A stretch of DNA of 64,000 nucleotides from Klebsormidium nitens. Lineage: Eukaryota; Plantae; Klebsormidiophyceae. Under the pieces are notes generated by a model. It searched no databases and was not told the DNA's origin. It saw only the letters and a program-made list of their open reading frames with translations. Position 1 is the stretch's first letter, and each line of letters begins with the position of its first letter. Where the stretch lies: contig DF237110.1 in assembly GCA_000708835.1 (NCBI GenBank), positions 62,001 through 126,000 of the forward strand. Direction: 5' to 3'. The translations under genes were made by a program, and so were the position numbers. Positions 48,840-61,524 of the stretch are shown here, one piece after another.

Positions 48840-51800
48840 TCACCACATATATCGTTGCGTGCCGCTCTCATGAGGCCACTCAAACGTTCTTCGCAGAAAC
48901 AAGGACACCGCTCCAATATCTAATATTGCAAACAACACTAACTGCAACAACAACGTCGGTCGTCTCCTCTTTGACGGCATTGGCACGTGCAGGGCGGCCA
49001 AAAAGAACGGAACGTTGAAGTAACGGAACTCGATGAGCGGAGCGGGAACAAGGACGCCAAACGTGGCCATCAAATAGAAGAAGATCCAAAGCGGGCGTTG
49101 TGTCTTTGCTGCAAGAGAAAGAAAAAGCCACAGTTTTGTTGACACCTATCACGGCTGTTTGGCCCACGTCGGTAGCCACTATTTGTATCTCCAAGAAACA
49201 CCAAGAAGAAGCCGCTGCAAGCTCCGCCATGCAACCATCCCATATGCCCCATACGTGGTCCCTCCATAAGTGCACAGAACAGACGGCTTTGGTACCTCGT
49301 TGGATCTTTAGAAAGAGCTTGGGTCAGGCGGGGGGGATACCGTACTGCCATTCCCATTCGCACTAAAATGATTATTCTGAGGCCACTGCGAAAAGGAATC
49401 AACTAACTTTCAATCGAGGTGCGAAAATGCGAAATAAGAAAACAATTAGAAAAGACACTTTTCCGGCTGTTTTAAGTAGGGAAAAACGAAAAAGAGGACT
49501 TTTGCGAAAATTTTAAAAATTCGTTGAAGCTGGTGCGAAATAAAAAAACTTCAAAAATAAATATTCGCACCAGCATGGTGCGAATGGCAATGACAGTACC
49601 TATAATCAAACTTTTCTACTGTAGGCAGGCCAGATCGGAGGTTTGCAGATCTAGAAGGACGAAGTTTGGCCCAAAATTGTCTCTCGAAAAAGCGTCCGGT
49701 TTCCCTCACCGAGCGACAGAACAAGCGACGTGGCTGCATATAAGTAGAACGGCACGAGCAGATACTTGACTGCCACGTGGCGCTTGAAGATCCACCGCCA
49801 GAGGTAGAAGGGATAGTGCCGGTTGTCCGCGAGCAGGTATGGGTGCTCGATACTGCACGAATACAAGTTGTCTTTCTGAAACAGAGAAAACCACGTCGAA
49901 GTCGCCCTAATGCCTTGTCTTCCTTCTCATCCATGACAGTGACATGCTAGCCCGGTAGCTAAGAAGCATAGCGGAAGACGGTTCTTTCACAACTGCAGAT
50001 CCTTCAAGCACCGGCCCACGACTCCAACCGTTTTCGAGGATCTGGAAGTAGCTCTGCTCAGATTCCTCCAGATTATCAAGAATTGGGACTGAAACCGACG
50101 TAAAGTGCATGAAGCGCTTGCTGAGACGCACCTGCGACTGCGAATCACTGTCAAGCGCGCACCAATTTTCAGACAGCGCTGTTCCGGGAATCGTTCGAGC
50201 ACCGGAATATCCCACTTGCTACCTGAGTTCATCAATGAGGTAAGGAAAACCGCTGCAACAGCGGCGAGCGCAGGCGTTGAGACGCGACTCTGTCCGGTCT
50301 CCGCAACCGGCATAACCCTCGAAGCAGCCAGATTGCCACTCAAAGGTTGTTCTGATCAGACAATATACAGAGGTGAGAAGCCTCATTCTCACTTCTGTCG
50401 AGGCCCGGTTGGGTGCAGCGCACGATTCTTCGACGAGGGTTTCGCGAGATTCATTCTCGACAATGAAAAGGGGAACCTTGCTAGTGCTTACGTGAACCAG
50501 TGCACTGCCGCCAGCGCAGCCAGCAGAAGCGCGAGCGTCCTCCCGGGCGACCGTTTGACACGTGCGATGCCGTAAGCAGACACGTGGCTGACGTGGGCGG
50601 GGAGCAGCTGGACGGGAGCGAGCGCGCAGAAGACAAAGGCTAGGCAGTAGAGGAACTGGGGCATGTGCAGGCTCATCTTGTGGGCGTCTTTGGCGCCTGC
50701 GCAGGAAAAGTAGTGTCAATGCGCTTGGCAGTCCCTTGAGACTGGCGTTTTAACACAATAGAAAGTGTTGAAGGCCAATAAGCCCACGTTTCTGGTCAAG
50801 TTGACCCGAACAGCTTGGTACCGCCGTTATGCACCAGGTTCCATCCGCTGGCGTCCAAGAACACTGGTGTTAAGAATCATCACAGTGTTTCGTAGCCAAC
50901 AACGATTGACACTATGTTTCGCATCTTCCCTCTGGAAAAGGAAGGTGGCCGGGTCCGGGAGGATTTTGTAAGGCCTCTTCGAAGCGAAGACTTCTCAGAG
51001 ACAGCATCCAAGCGGTCCAGAGTCGCTCCAAAAGAACCAGCTTGCAGCGCAACCATGCGTCCAATGAGGGTCACTGTTTGGAAGGAGCAGACTCTTGCTT
51101 TCAGCAGAATTACCACTTCTGTCTCCCAACTTTCATTCAGCTCTAAATCGGTGAAGTCTTTGGTGTGACAATTCTGCCGACTGCTCACCCAGCACGATGC
51201 CGCCGTTTCGGACGGCGAAGACCACGAACGCAGCAATAACGAACAGCAGCGGGCCGAACGTCCGCAGAACCGCCGTCCGATGGGTCCAGGCTCGCTTAGC
51301 CAGGGCCCACAGCGCGAGCGGTGACACTGCATCGCAGAGGGTACAAACACATTCTTTGTATATCGCGTTCCCTATTTGCATGTCTTCGAATGGAACTGCT
51401 TCTCAGCAGGCTTAACATTTGCGGTCTCAGTTTCAACCGGCGATAAGTACGATCGAGCGGAAGTCTGAAACTCCAGCAACGACGCACAAAAACGAAGAAA
51501 CGGGCTTGGAGGTCTTGGAAAGCTTTCCTCAGCCTTACGCACCTGAACGTAACGCCTGGAATGGTGTCAAAGCGACACACCTGATTCGGTCTTGTTAAGG
51601 CTCCGCTTGTCTAGCCGGTCGGACGGCATCCCGGATCCGGGGAGTGGCCAAAGAACCTCGGTCGCCCCAGTACACGTCACAAAGAGAGCCCAAACCACGT
51701 TGGTCTGGCGAAAGAAGATGGCGACCACGGCCAGCTGCAGAGAAGGAAAATTCTATGGCTTCAAGGGCTTTATTGATGCAGACCGGTTTGAAAGGAAACG

Positions 51801-53650
51801 AAAGGGAGGAGGACATGGAGTGGTTACGGAGAGGTTAAGAAACGGGCACACAGATTAGAATTGCAGGATTCGTGAGAGGAGAAGAAACAAGAGGGTGCTG
51901 CTCAGACGATGCCCATGTACACTTGCCTTTGCAGGAATTACACTGCCAGGAACCACTTGTCAAAGTATATGAAAAGGTAACGAAGAAAACGCAATTGATG
52001 ATCATGGGGGTTTGGACTTTGGATTGATTGTTATCAAGAGGCACCACAACGAACGCCGCCAGCAGGTCCAAGCATGGTCTGACTTGGCACTCTTATGAGC
52101 TGCTTCGTTTGGCTGGATCAGCATGTCGATTGCATCAAACTTGTCTTACTCAGCAGACAGTATGTGATATCAGTGATGACCATTGAAGAACCAGGATGAT
52201 TGCAGGAACTCAACAGCCAAATGAAAGCAAACACGGCTCACCAGCGCTGCGACCCAGAATCGGTGCCTCAGTGTTGCCAAGTACATGGCCGCAATTGCCG
52301 CGGTCGAGCCAACGTCCGTGTAGAACAGGAACGCAAAGAAAAAGTGGGGGGGATAGAGCACCAAGGCCGCTGCTTTGAAGAAATCCTCCGTGCTTGGTTG
52401 CCGTCTGTTTTGAAGATCCCCCACAGAAGCGGTCCCAATGGAGTCATAAGCGGCTTCACCAAATTCATAACCAGGCCCCCCAGGCCCAGTCTTCCTCCCT
52501 GTGAGATCTTCGATTGCGGCGGCTGTGCCGTTCTCTGTGTGGTGTGTTCCCCTCCTCTTTGCCACTGACAATTTGCCGCTCCCAGCTCTACTAATTGTCT
52601 CTTTGCCCTTGTTGGCTTCTCTATACGTCTTGCTGTCATTACTGCCTATCGGCTTCTTAGATTGCGACTCAACTCCGTTGGTCACTGCGATCTGGCCCGA
52701 CCCTAGTTCCTGGCTCCCGCTGTCAACAGCTAAAAGGTGCTCCGCTCGCAACCGCACCTCAAAGGCAACTTCTCTAAAGAGCAGGAGGCAAACTAGACTG
52801 AGCACTATATTGACAAACCGCAGGGCAAAAAGAGAACAAAGTGGTCTGAAGGTGCTCCTAATGAACTTTCCTTGTAGTAGCTGAAACGCAGCGGTCCCAG
52901 GATAGAGAAAGGACAGCAGGAAAAGGGCAGCGTAGTAGAGGCCTGGAAAGGTTGTAATCATGGGGTCCCAGTAGGAGAACCGGCCCTCGCAGAAGGCCTG
53001 GCACTGGGGGATGTGGAAGATCTCGTCCTGCAATCGAGACGCTTAATTTGGCTCTTTGCATAACATTTGTGGAGGCCTGTTGTTTATACAGACTTCAAAG
53101 GGCACTTTGGTTTCATCCCCTGCCTTAAGATCAGTTGCGCTTTTGTAAATGTATGAATCAAGAAAGCGAGGAAAGAATCCGTCAGGGGGTTTGTAGATCA
53201 CAGAAGTGCTTTAAGGGGGCCACTCGCTTGCGGATTCATCCTGCTAAAAGACCTGGAAGTACAATCTAGTGTCACTTGAAAGATGCTGTGGGGTATGTTC
53301 GCAATGCAGCCACTGATGCTTGATGACGTAGTTCGCGTCAACAATGTAATCAGAGAAGGCTGATGACGCAGTCATTTACTAGCCTGCTTCACGCAATAGA
53401 CTTGAAGCAATTTGCAGCTATCAAAGTATGTGCGTGCACCACCACGTTGCACAGGAGCGAGTACAGTATTGTTGATACCAGCATCAGCTCGTCAAGCTTG
53501 CATCACAATATCCAACACAAAGGCGCCCAAAGCAAGACAAAGGCTTACCATGTATGCCTGTGGCACCTCCTTTGCAAAGGCATACGCGATGCAAACATAG
53601 AGGACGGTAGCGGCTCCCCAGTACACTCTGCTGAATGATGCCATCTCCAT
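48840..53650 (-). CDS. ALG10: Dol-P-Glc:Glc2Man9GlcNAc2-PP-Dol alpha-1,2-glucosyltransferase (ALG10/DIE2), about 7 exons
   Basis: Exon 53650-53549 (..KEVPQAYM) joins exon 53027-52242 (DEIFHIPQCQAFCEG..WDPMITTFPGLY..FLFYTDVGST). Later exons give FFRQTNVVW (about 51700), HKMSLHMPQFLY (about 50660), HPYLLADNRHYPFYLW (about 49830), LIEFRYF and the terminal QRYMW* (48840). Confidence 0.92.
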
Positions 53651-56166
53651 GGTGCAAACCACTGTGTTCTCCAATTAAGCGATAAGCAGCCTCTGCAGCT
53701 CAGTTTCGCTGCCACCAGCGTTTCCAGCTTGGAGCAGCAGGCGCCACCCCAAGCATTGGCCAGATTGTCAAGAGCTTGTAGAACACATTCTTGAGGTGGT
53801 TAACTGATACTGCCCCTCTGCGGGTGAATGCAGCTTCCCGTCCCCTTCTGTCCAGAGACGCAATAAACTCCTGAGGGCTCACCATCCTCTCCTCCTTCCC
53901 AGCCTGTGCCTCTTCCACTGCACTGATCTGCTAGCTGAGCTTCTAGTTATTGATTTAGCACGTGTTTGAGTAACCCGATTTTGGTGTACGGAACGGCATC
54001 AGCCTGCTCCGGTCGAACACCAGCTGTAGAACGAGTGAGCATTATTGCCAGCGGGGCCTCCCAAATTCAAGGATTCGGAAGGAGTCTCTCTATCCAGTCT
54101 GAAGAACCCTGATTTCAACCGTGAGAACTTTGATCAGCTACTGTGTTAGGGTATCGTCATTTTGTAAGTGGTAACCCCCCATTCTTAAATCGACCATTTT
54201 TTTCGAAGCCACCTTTCTAGGACCCCCTGGTGTCCTCCTTCGGGCGACCAAGACCCAAGCACCCCCCCCCCCCCGGCTTGTCGGTCACAGAACTTCTTCG
54301 GGCCACTTAGCCAAGATTTTCGCAATTTTCCCCGCTTTTAAGTGTAGAATTTTGAGAATTTGATTCAAGAAAAGATGCATACCGGTACCTAATTGGGCAC
54401 GCACATGCACTGTTTTCTGCATCTTCTCAACCCAACTGTGCATTCGGTGGAAGACAAGAAAGCCCACTTTCTGGTCGTATTGAGTCCATCTCGATACTCA
54501 TTTTGATGATTATGTGGGTATTTGACCAATCAAGCGCCTGTGCTTGGACCTTCGGCCCAAGCCTCAAGCCCCCCCCAGGGCGGCTGAAATTCAGGAGTGA
54601 AGCCTCTAACGGGTACCCCCTATAAAAGAATGGGGGGGTACCAGCTACAAAATGACGGTACCCTTACAGAGGAGGGAGCTTGACTGGAGGAAGCTAAGAT
54701 CGCTAGCTGGGGTTGCAGGAGGATCGTTTTCCTCAAATCCATCCAGGGGCTTGGCCTTTGGTTCTGATTGAATCAAGCTCTTTGGAAACGTTGCGCAAAC
54801 AGCGCTTGTACGCAAAGAGAAGCGATTTGGGATCCTGATCAAACATGTGAGCGCCTGTTTGGAAAGTTGTGGTGCATCTTATATGCAAGAAGAGGTTTCA
54901 AACTTGTGATTGGGGCAAAATGGTTAGATCTGTGGGCCTGTGGCAGTTGTAAAGTCAGAGTAGAGTAAAACATGCATTTCTCAAAAGGTCATTTTCTGGG
55001 GTGATGGCATTGGTGAAGCTGGATAGTATGATATCAAATGGAAGATGTAGGTTCAAGAGCAAGTTCTCGATGACAAAGTCTGGTCGGATGGGGATGCCTT
55101 ACAGGTTTGGTTTGGGTCTGGTTTACAATCTTCAAAACTTGCTTCAGTATTTCTAGATAGCCCCATGGAAGACTCGAAGCTGAGACTATTTCGTCTGGAG
55201 GTAGTTTGGCAGCGTCGTTGTTTGTGACTAGCTGGCACTGGGTACTCAATGGCTAGCGCATGCCGGCGAAAGTAGGTTGATCAAGAGAATGTGATGATTT
55301 AGGGTTTCTTCGTCATACCAGCTGAGTTGGAACACCCTAAAGGTTCTGTATGCTTTTGGTCGCACTTCGATCGATCTGTAGTTGGTGTTTGCCCGTTTGA
55401 AAGGCGCCTTTACGGGGTCCTTCTGGTCTTCACGAAGGGCTCAGCTCACTGGTTGAACTTTGCCTTCTTTGCTTCGCTTTATGTGGCCCATGGATCAAAT
55501 AAATTCATTCCTCCAGAAATGCTGGGCGCGAGATTCCTGAGGAAGATAGTCCAACATATTTTGTCCAGCAGCTCGCGCGTATCATTGTGTAGGTCTAAGG
55601 TCCCAATCTGGACTGTGATGCTGTTCAAGGAATCAGCTTGTGCCCGTCGGTTTTATGGTGGCGTTTGCTCCTTCGTCTTCTGTGTCTGCAGAGCTTGGCC
55701 TGTCGTTCTTTACTGCCAGTGTTTGTTTGAAGGAAAGCACGGCATTCTGTTCAGTTTCAGTTCTCACCCGCACACACCATAATTCATTGGCGGTCATTGG
55801 CGAGTCTTGGACCTTACGGTCCTTGATTCGTTGCACATGCAGCGAGAGCCCTTGAGGTGTGGTTTTCATTGACACGCCTTTCCATCGGAGGCAGGCTCTC
55901 ACAGAATTGAAGTCCTGGACAGAAGCAATTGAGTGTTAAGTGTTTATATCTACTCCCTTGGACATGGTGGTCGAAATCTGGCTATTGCTGTCCCTTCTGT
56001 TTTATCTGGCATGCTTCACACACTTGCAGCGACTGGCACACCTTGAAGAAAAGGTTTCTGGATTCTGGATTCGGGGATCTGGATTTGGGTTTTGGGTTTG
56101 GAGTTTGGGGTTTCGGATTACATTATGCCTCTCTTGAATAACCTTTCTCCTCCGTGCAGCGCAACC

Positions 56167-59100
56167 ATGGCGATCGGTCTGAGCAGCTTCGCGGCAGCAT
56201 CGTTCTTCGCCGCCTGCGGGGTCATCTACCACGCCGCAGCAACGCGCGAGCAGTTCTACCCGGCCATGCTGTACCTCGCGAGCTCAAAGCTCTCGCTCCT
56301 AGTTCTCTCCAATCTCGCGCTCCTCCTCCTCTTTCTCCTCGCCCGCTGCGTCAAAACCATCTTCCTGGGGCGCCTCCGCGAGGCCGAGGTCGAGCGCTTA
56401 TACGAGCTCGGGCGCCACGAGCTTATGGAGACGTGCCTCGCGCTCACGATCTTCCGGGACCAGTTCGACTCCACGCTCCTCTTCATGTTCTTGGCCCTCA
56501 TCTCGGTCAAGCTGTTCCACTGCTTGGCGCACAAGCGGTTGGAGTACGTGGAAACTACGCCCGCACTGCGGTTACTCGCGCATGCGCGGCTGCTGCTATT
56601 TCTGTTCCTGCTCCTGACGGTGGACTTTGCGTGCCTCAACTACGCGGCGAGCCGCACGCTGCACCACCTGCGCCATGGGAACCGGCCGACCAGTCTCCTC
56701 CTCTTCTCCTTCGAGTGAGTGCTCCGACCTGCTTTCGTTGTTTTCCAGATACGGATTGTCCTGCTGTTTCTTTCTGTCATGAGCGGCATACTGGATTCTT
56801 TGCTGGATTCTTTTGCATGTTCAGAAATATTTTGGTGACTTCAACCGGTTTGCTTTGAATTTCCTTGTAATTCGAGCTCTATCGCGGTCATTTGTTCTGT
56901 TTTTGTTCTTCTGAGAGCCTGTGAAGCCCAAGTACGAGTAACAGAATAGATCCGTGTCCTTATCGATTCGTGTCACACTTTCCAACACTCGTACTTTCTG
57001 CACATTGCTCTCCAGCTAGAAGGAACGACGAGCTTTCGTAGTACTTGTCACGGATCTTACAGTCGTGGCAAATCTTTGGAGACACCTCGTAGGTCCGCAC
57101 CCAGAGTTCCAACACGACGACACCTGTCGAGTTTTGCCTGGCGGCTCGAGCCGCCACCCTGCGTCCGTCCACGAAGGACTTCTCAGACACGAGCTTTTGC
57201 AATTCAGGTACACGCTACTAGCGTCAGGACTGGTGGCGGCTCTCCTCAAGTACGGCCTGCACGCGGTGGACCTGTACCTGGACAGCCAGTGGGAGCTCAA
57301 GCCGGTGTGCATCTTCTACCTGGACCTCATGCGGGACCTCGTGCACCTCGTGCTCTACACCACGTTCTTCATCACCATCTTCAAGTGAGGCTCTACTGCT
57401 GATCCTCGAGGCTTCTCGAAGTCAGGCTGACTCAGAGCATGTTGATCGAAGACGTGCTCGGGGGCACGGAGAAACCTAGAAAGAAAAAAAACAAGGAACC
57501 ACACGCTCCGCCCTCGTACTGACCCTGAGTTCGCAAATTTAAGAGGATGCATCCGCATGACGTCACAAAAGCGACCAGTCACACGCAAATTTCGTGGTCG
57601 CCGATGATCCATAGCATTACGATTAGGGAAGCAAGCATGAAAGGTCTTTCTGACATATTTGGTCGCCGCAGGACCACGTCTGCACAGCATTCTTTGTAAG
57701 AGGGTCTCGTGTCCTCCTGTTGTCTCTTCGATGCCTTTGTCGAGTGAAGTTGCACTTCTTGCGGCATGGCTTTAAAAACCTGTCCCGCAGCTAGTACAGG
57801 CTGCGGCTCCACCTGGTACGCTCTCTCTACAACACGTTTGCTGCGACGCGTTCCACGCTTTTAAAAACCCTTTTAGGATCTTTTGGACGTTTGAATGATC
57901 GTTGAACCGTTTCCTCGAGCGTCCGAATGACACTTCGTTCTGTCCGCAGCTACTATGGGCCGTACGACCTCAGATACAAAGTCTGCAAAAAACGCCGGAC
58001 AACCGGATCCTCTTCTTGAGCGTCCGACTGATAAATGTGCTTTGTCCGCAGCTATTACGGGCTGCCGCTGCACCTTGTGCGCGACCTGTACGACACGTTC
58101 CGCACGTTCAAGCAGCGGGTCGCCGACTTTATGCGCTACCGCCGCCTCACCTCCAACATGAACGACCGCTTCGTGGACGCCACCCCTGAGGAGCTTGGCA
58201 GGTAGGGTTTGAAATGGGGTTAGAGTTTCACATCATGCTTCGGGAGTCAGTTGGAGATTGTGTAGCATCAATTGCCAGAAGGCCATGGCCGGTAAGGTGC
58301 GCTATGTTGCCTTCTCTGTGTCTGAGCTTTCAATCCCTGTTATGCTGTTGGTGCTCCGCATTAGACTTTCTGTCTCTCTGGAAGCGGACTTGTTGCCAAG
58401 ACATTCAATCGACACCATTGAGCTTTTACTTACATCAGTGAGTTCTTCGATTAAATGGTTGGTAATCAATGTCACGAGCTGACCTCAATTTCGAAACCGA
58501 CTCAAAACGTCAATTCCACACCGACTCAACCGCAACCCAGCCTGGCAAATGGTTTCAAATCATCCAGAGTCTCAAAATTTCCCAGCGAGGCACAAGCTAC
58601 GGCTGCAAAACGCCGCACATCCGTTCTGCAGGGGCGACGCCACGTGCATCATCTGCCGCGAAGAGATGACGACAGCAAAGAAGCTGACGTGCGGCCACCT
58701 GTTTCACATTCACTGCCTCCGCTCCTGGCTGGAGCGCCAGCAAACGTGCCCCACGTGCCGCGCCCCCGTACTCCCCACCGGAACTCCGCCGCCGGCACCG
58801 GCCGCAGCAGGTGCCTCCTTCTTCTCCTAACTTGTTCTCGCTGTTTCATTGATCAGGTCGTTACTTCTCTCACTTTTCGAATCCCTGATCGTTAGAATCT
58901 GCATTTAACAGTTTGGTAATGTGTGTTGCCCCAATGCCCAAGTTGTGATTTTTTCTATCCTTTTTTTTTGCGAAAGCTACCCAGCCCTTTAGATTTACCT
59001 ACTCTGCTACCCTACGTCGTTGAGCATGTAGAATGTGCGTGAATGTTGGCTGTATGCTTTCTGTACGTGTGCCCTCGTGTCCATTCTGTAATTCTTGCAT

Positions 59101-60864
59101 ATCCTTGAAGCAACACTGCGAGCACGTCCAGATCTCAGCTTAACAAAGCGGCTTATTTGATGCTGCATTGCCCCGATGCTGATGACCGTCCTTAACTCAC
59201 CCTGCAGGTGCAGCCCCGCCCCACGTACACGCTCCAGGGGGGCACGGCCCCCAGCCTGCGCAACCCCCCGGCCAGGCGGGAGCAGCTGCCCCGCACCCCC
59301 CTCAGCATGGGGAGCCTCGGGGCCACAGGGTTCAGTATGCGGTACAGTTTGCGATTCCGTTGGGGGGGCAAAATCAGCAGCAGAGGCAGCAGGGGGCGGG
59401 AATACAGTGGCAGTACCCGCAGGCTTGGTGAGGAGACCAATGCTTTGGAGCTTGCGCTTTCGAGAGGTCTCACTTGGCGTTGGTTTCAGTAGGGCACACG
59501 AGCTTCCGTTTTGAAGGGTTTCCTTGCTCGAACATTGTAACAACTGGTCGGCATTCATTTTGACTTGCTTTCTCTGGCCCAGATGTCCTGCTTTTTTCGC
59601 CGGGGCATCGAATCAGCTCCCGCTGGATCTCCTTCATTTCTAACGGCCGGGCAGCCACCTACCCTGTATTCTCTCTCGCTCCGACCGTTGCTCACTTTGA
59701 CTTGCTTCCACCCTTGTGCTATGCACTGCCCTCCAGTCGGCAATCATCTACCCCCCCAAACCGCAACCTCCCCCTCCCCTCTCCAGGCCCCAGGCTCCTG
59801 CGCCAGCCGTCAATATCCCCCCCGCCCAGCAGATCCCTCGGGGGGCTCTTGCTGCCGCCGTGGGCGTACAGCTCCAGTTCCAAGCGCTAGCGGCGAGCGC
59901 CGCTCTCGCCAGCCTGGCGTCAACCGGCCCCTGGGGGGTTTTGGCGGCTGCCGGGCAGGGGCAGACGGCGGAGGGTCGCGCAGCAGAGATTGCCGCGCTG
60001 AGATCGCATGCGCAGGTAAGTGCGACCGGTGGGGTTTACAGCGGGTAGAGACGGTTTGCAGCGTTCCAGTAGGATTCCCTGCTTGTGCTTCCACGGTTTT
60101 TGAAAACTTATTTGCGGACGCTTTCCGGGTGAGACTGGGATTTGTGGGAGCTTATGATGTTCTTGGGTAGTTCCAGTAACGTGGACACCAGGCCGAAGGA
60201 AGCAGGTTTCTTTGGCCACCTCAGCTGTTCTGCCGACTCGTCTTGCGCGTAAATCAGTCGAACCATGGGTTAAGGGCCAATTGCTGTGCATCCGGCTTGA
60301 CGATGCATTTGGTCCTAGCACTGTCGCATGCGGTCGGTTTGTAAGCCCCTTGCTAATTAAGCTGGACATTTCCAAGACGCTTTCGACCACGGAAGTGGTA
60401 AGCGAAGCCATGCAGCGCATAAGGAGGGGGTCAAGCCCTTCGATATCGAGGTGCCAAACGACCCCGTCATGTGGGCTCTTCTGGGTCATTGGCCTGTCAT
60501 CCCCGGCGTACCTTTGATTCGTTGAGCGAAGGCCCTTCCAAAGGAGGCGACAGCCTAAGCACTGACATGGGAGGCCAATCTCACTTGCGAAGTTACTACT
60601 GGGGTAAGCGCCCACGGCTTCACTAGAAAAACATTCAACATTTTCCTGAGTTTTGAAGCCAAGTTTTGTGTTGTGCAGCTTGTGCAAGCCCGATTGGACG
60701 AGCTGGTGCAACAGGAAAGGGCCGCCGGCGGCCAAGGGGAGCCCCAGAGAAGCGAGCAAACGCAAACAGACCCGCCGCGGAGGGATGGAGTTGCAGAGGG
60801 GACGAACGCGGGAGAGGCCTCGAAGGCGGCGGAGACCCAGCCTGCCGCTTCTACCTCTGCATAA
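56167..60864 (+). CDS. HRD1: ERAD-associated RING-H2 E3 ubiquitin ligase HRD1 (synoviolin)
   Basis: Exon 56167-56714 (REQFYPAMLYL..FLGRLREAEVERL..ETCLALTIFRD), exon 57208-57384, exon 58052-58201 (YYGLPLHLVRDLY..RRLTSNMNDRFVDATPEEL), RING exon from 58632 (CIICREEMTTAKKLTCGHLFHIHCLRSWLERQQTCPTCR), then Pro/Gly-rich exons. The last exon ends at 60864. The 3' exon structure is approximate. Confidence 0.9.
57780..58085 (+). repeat. Two degenerate copies of the HRD1 exon 3 acceptor junction (ccgcag|CTATTACGGGCTG)
   Basis: Pseudo-exon starts at 57791 (CTAGTACAGGCTGCGGCTCCACCTGGTACGC) and 57950 (CTACTATGGGCCG). The true start is 58052 (CTATTACGGGCTGCCGCTGCACCTTGTGCGC). Confidence 0.85.
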
Positions 60865-61524
60865 GCTGTTATTGGGTGCGACGATAGCAATGCCCATTGT
60901 GATGCAAGGTTGTTTGTTTCTGACGGAGGAACGAACATGTAGATCAACAGCCACGTGAATTGAAAGCCTGTTATCAGGACTTGTGTTTGCGAACCCTCGT
61001 TGATGGACCAATATCACCCAGTTGCCCGTTGTGTGGACCCACCATGTGGTCGAACTACGAGGTGAGTGGTCGTACATACATGCGGCACTCGACAACAATC
61101 TAAAAACAACAGTCGAGTCGCATATGAGATGATCACGCTTGTATAGACGATGGTCAGCAAGTGATGTAATATTGGGCGTGTATGTGCACTTAGCGATGCA
61201 TGGCAATGATGCAACTTACACACATATCTTATTCTCCAAGCGTCTGACAACAATGCTATACCGGTTCCATTGTGTATATTCTTGCACATGGTAGGCCCCT
61301 GGACTACAACACGACGTACCCGGCGTCGGGCAGTGACGCTAGATTTTAGCATGCATGCTTGCGGTCATGCAGCTTTCACGAGCTAGCTAGACGCCAATCG
61401 GCTTGGCGCGGCTGCCCAGATTCTCTCAAGTGACTTCTGTCAACCATATTGGCATGTTGCGGCATGCTGAATCGCATGATCGATGCATGGCCGCGTCGCG
61501 ATCTGTCATATGTCATCAAATTCC

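Noticed and set aside
49900-50480. Several ORFs inside ALG10
   Set aside because: The flanking exons (..VHWFT and SIEHPYLLADNRH) join directly, so this is intron.
59920-61206. 428-aa - strand ORF
   Set aside because: Antisense to HRD1 3' exons, introns and UTR, with no motif and atypical composition.
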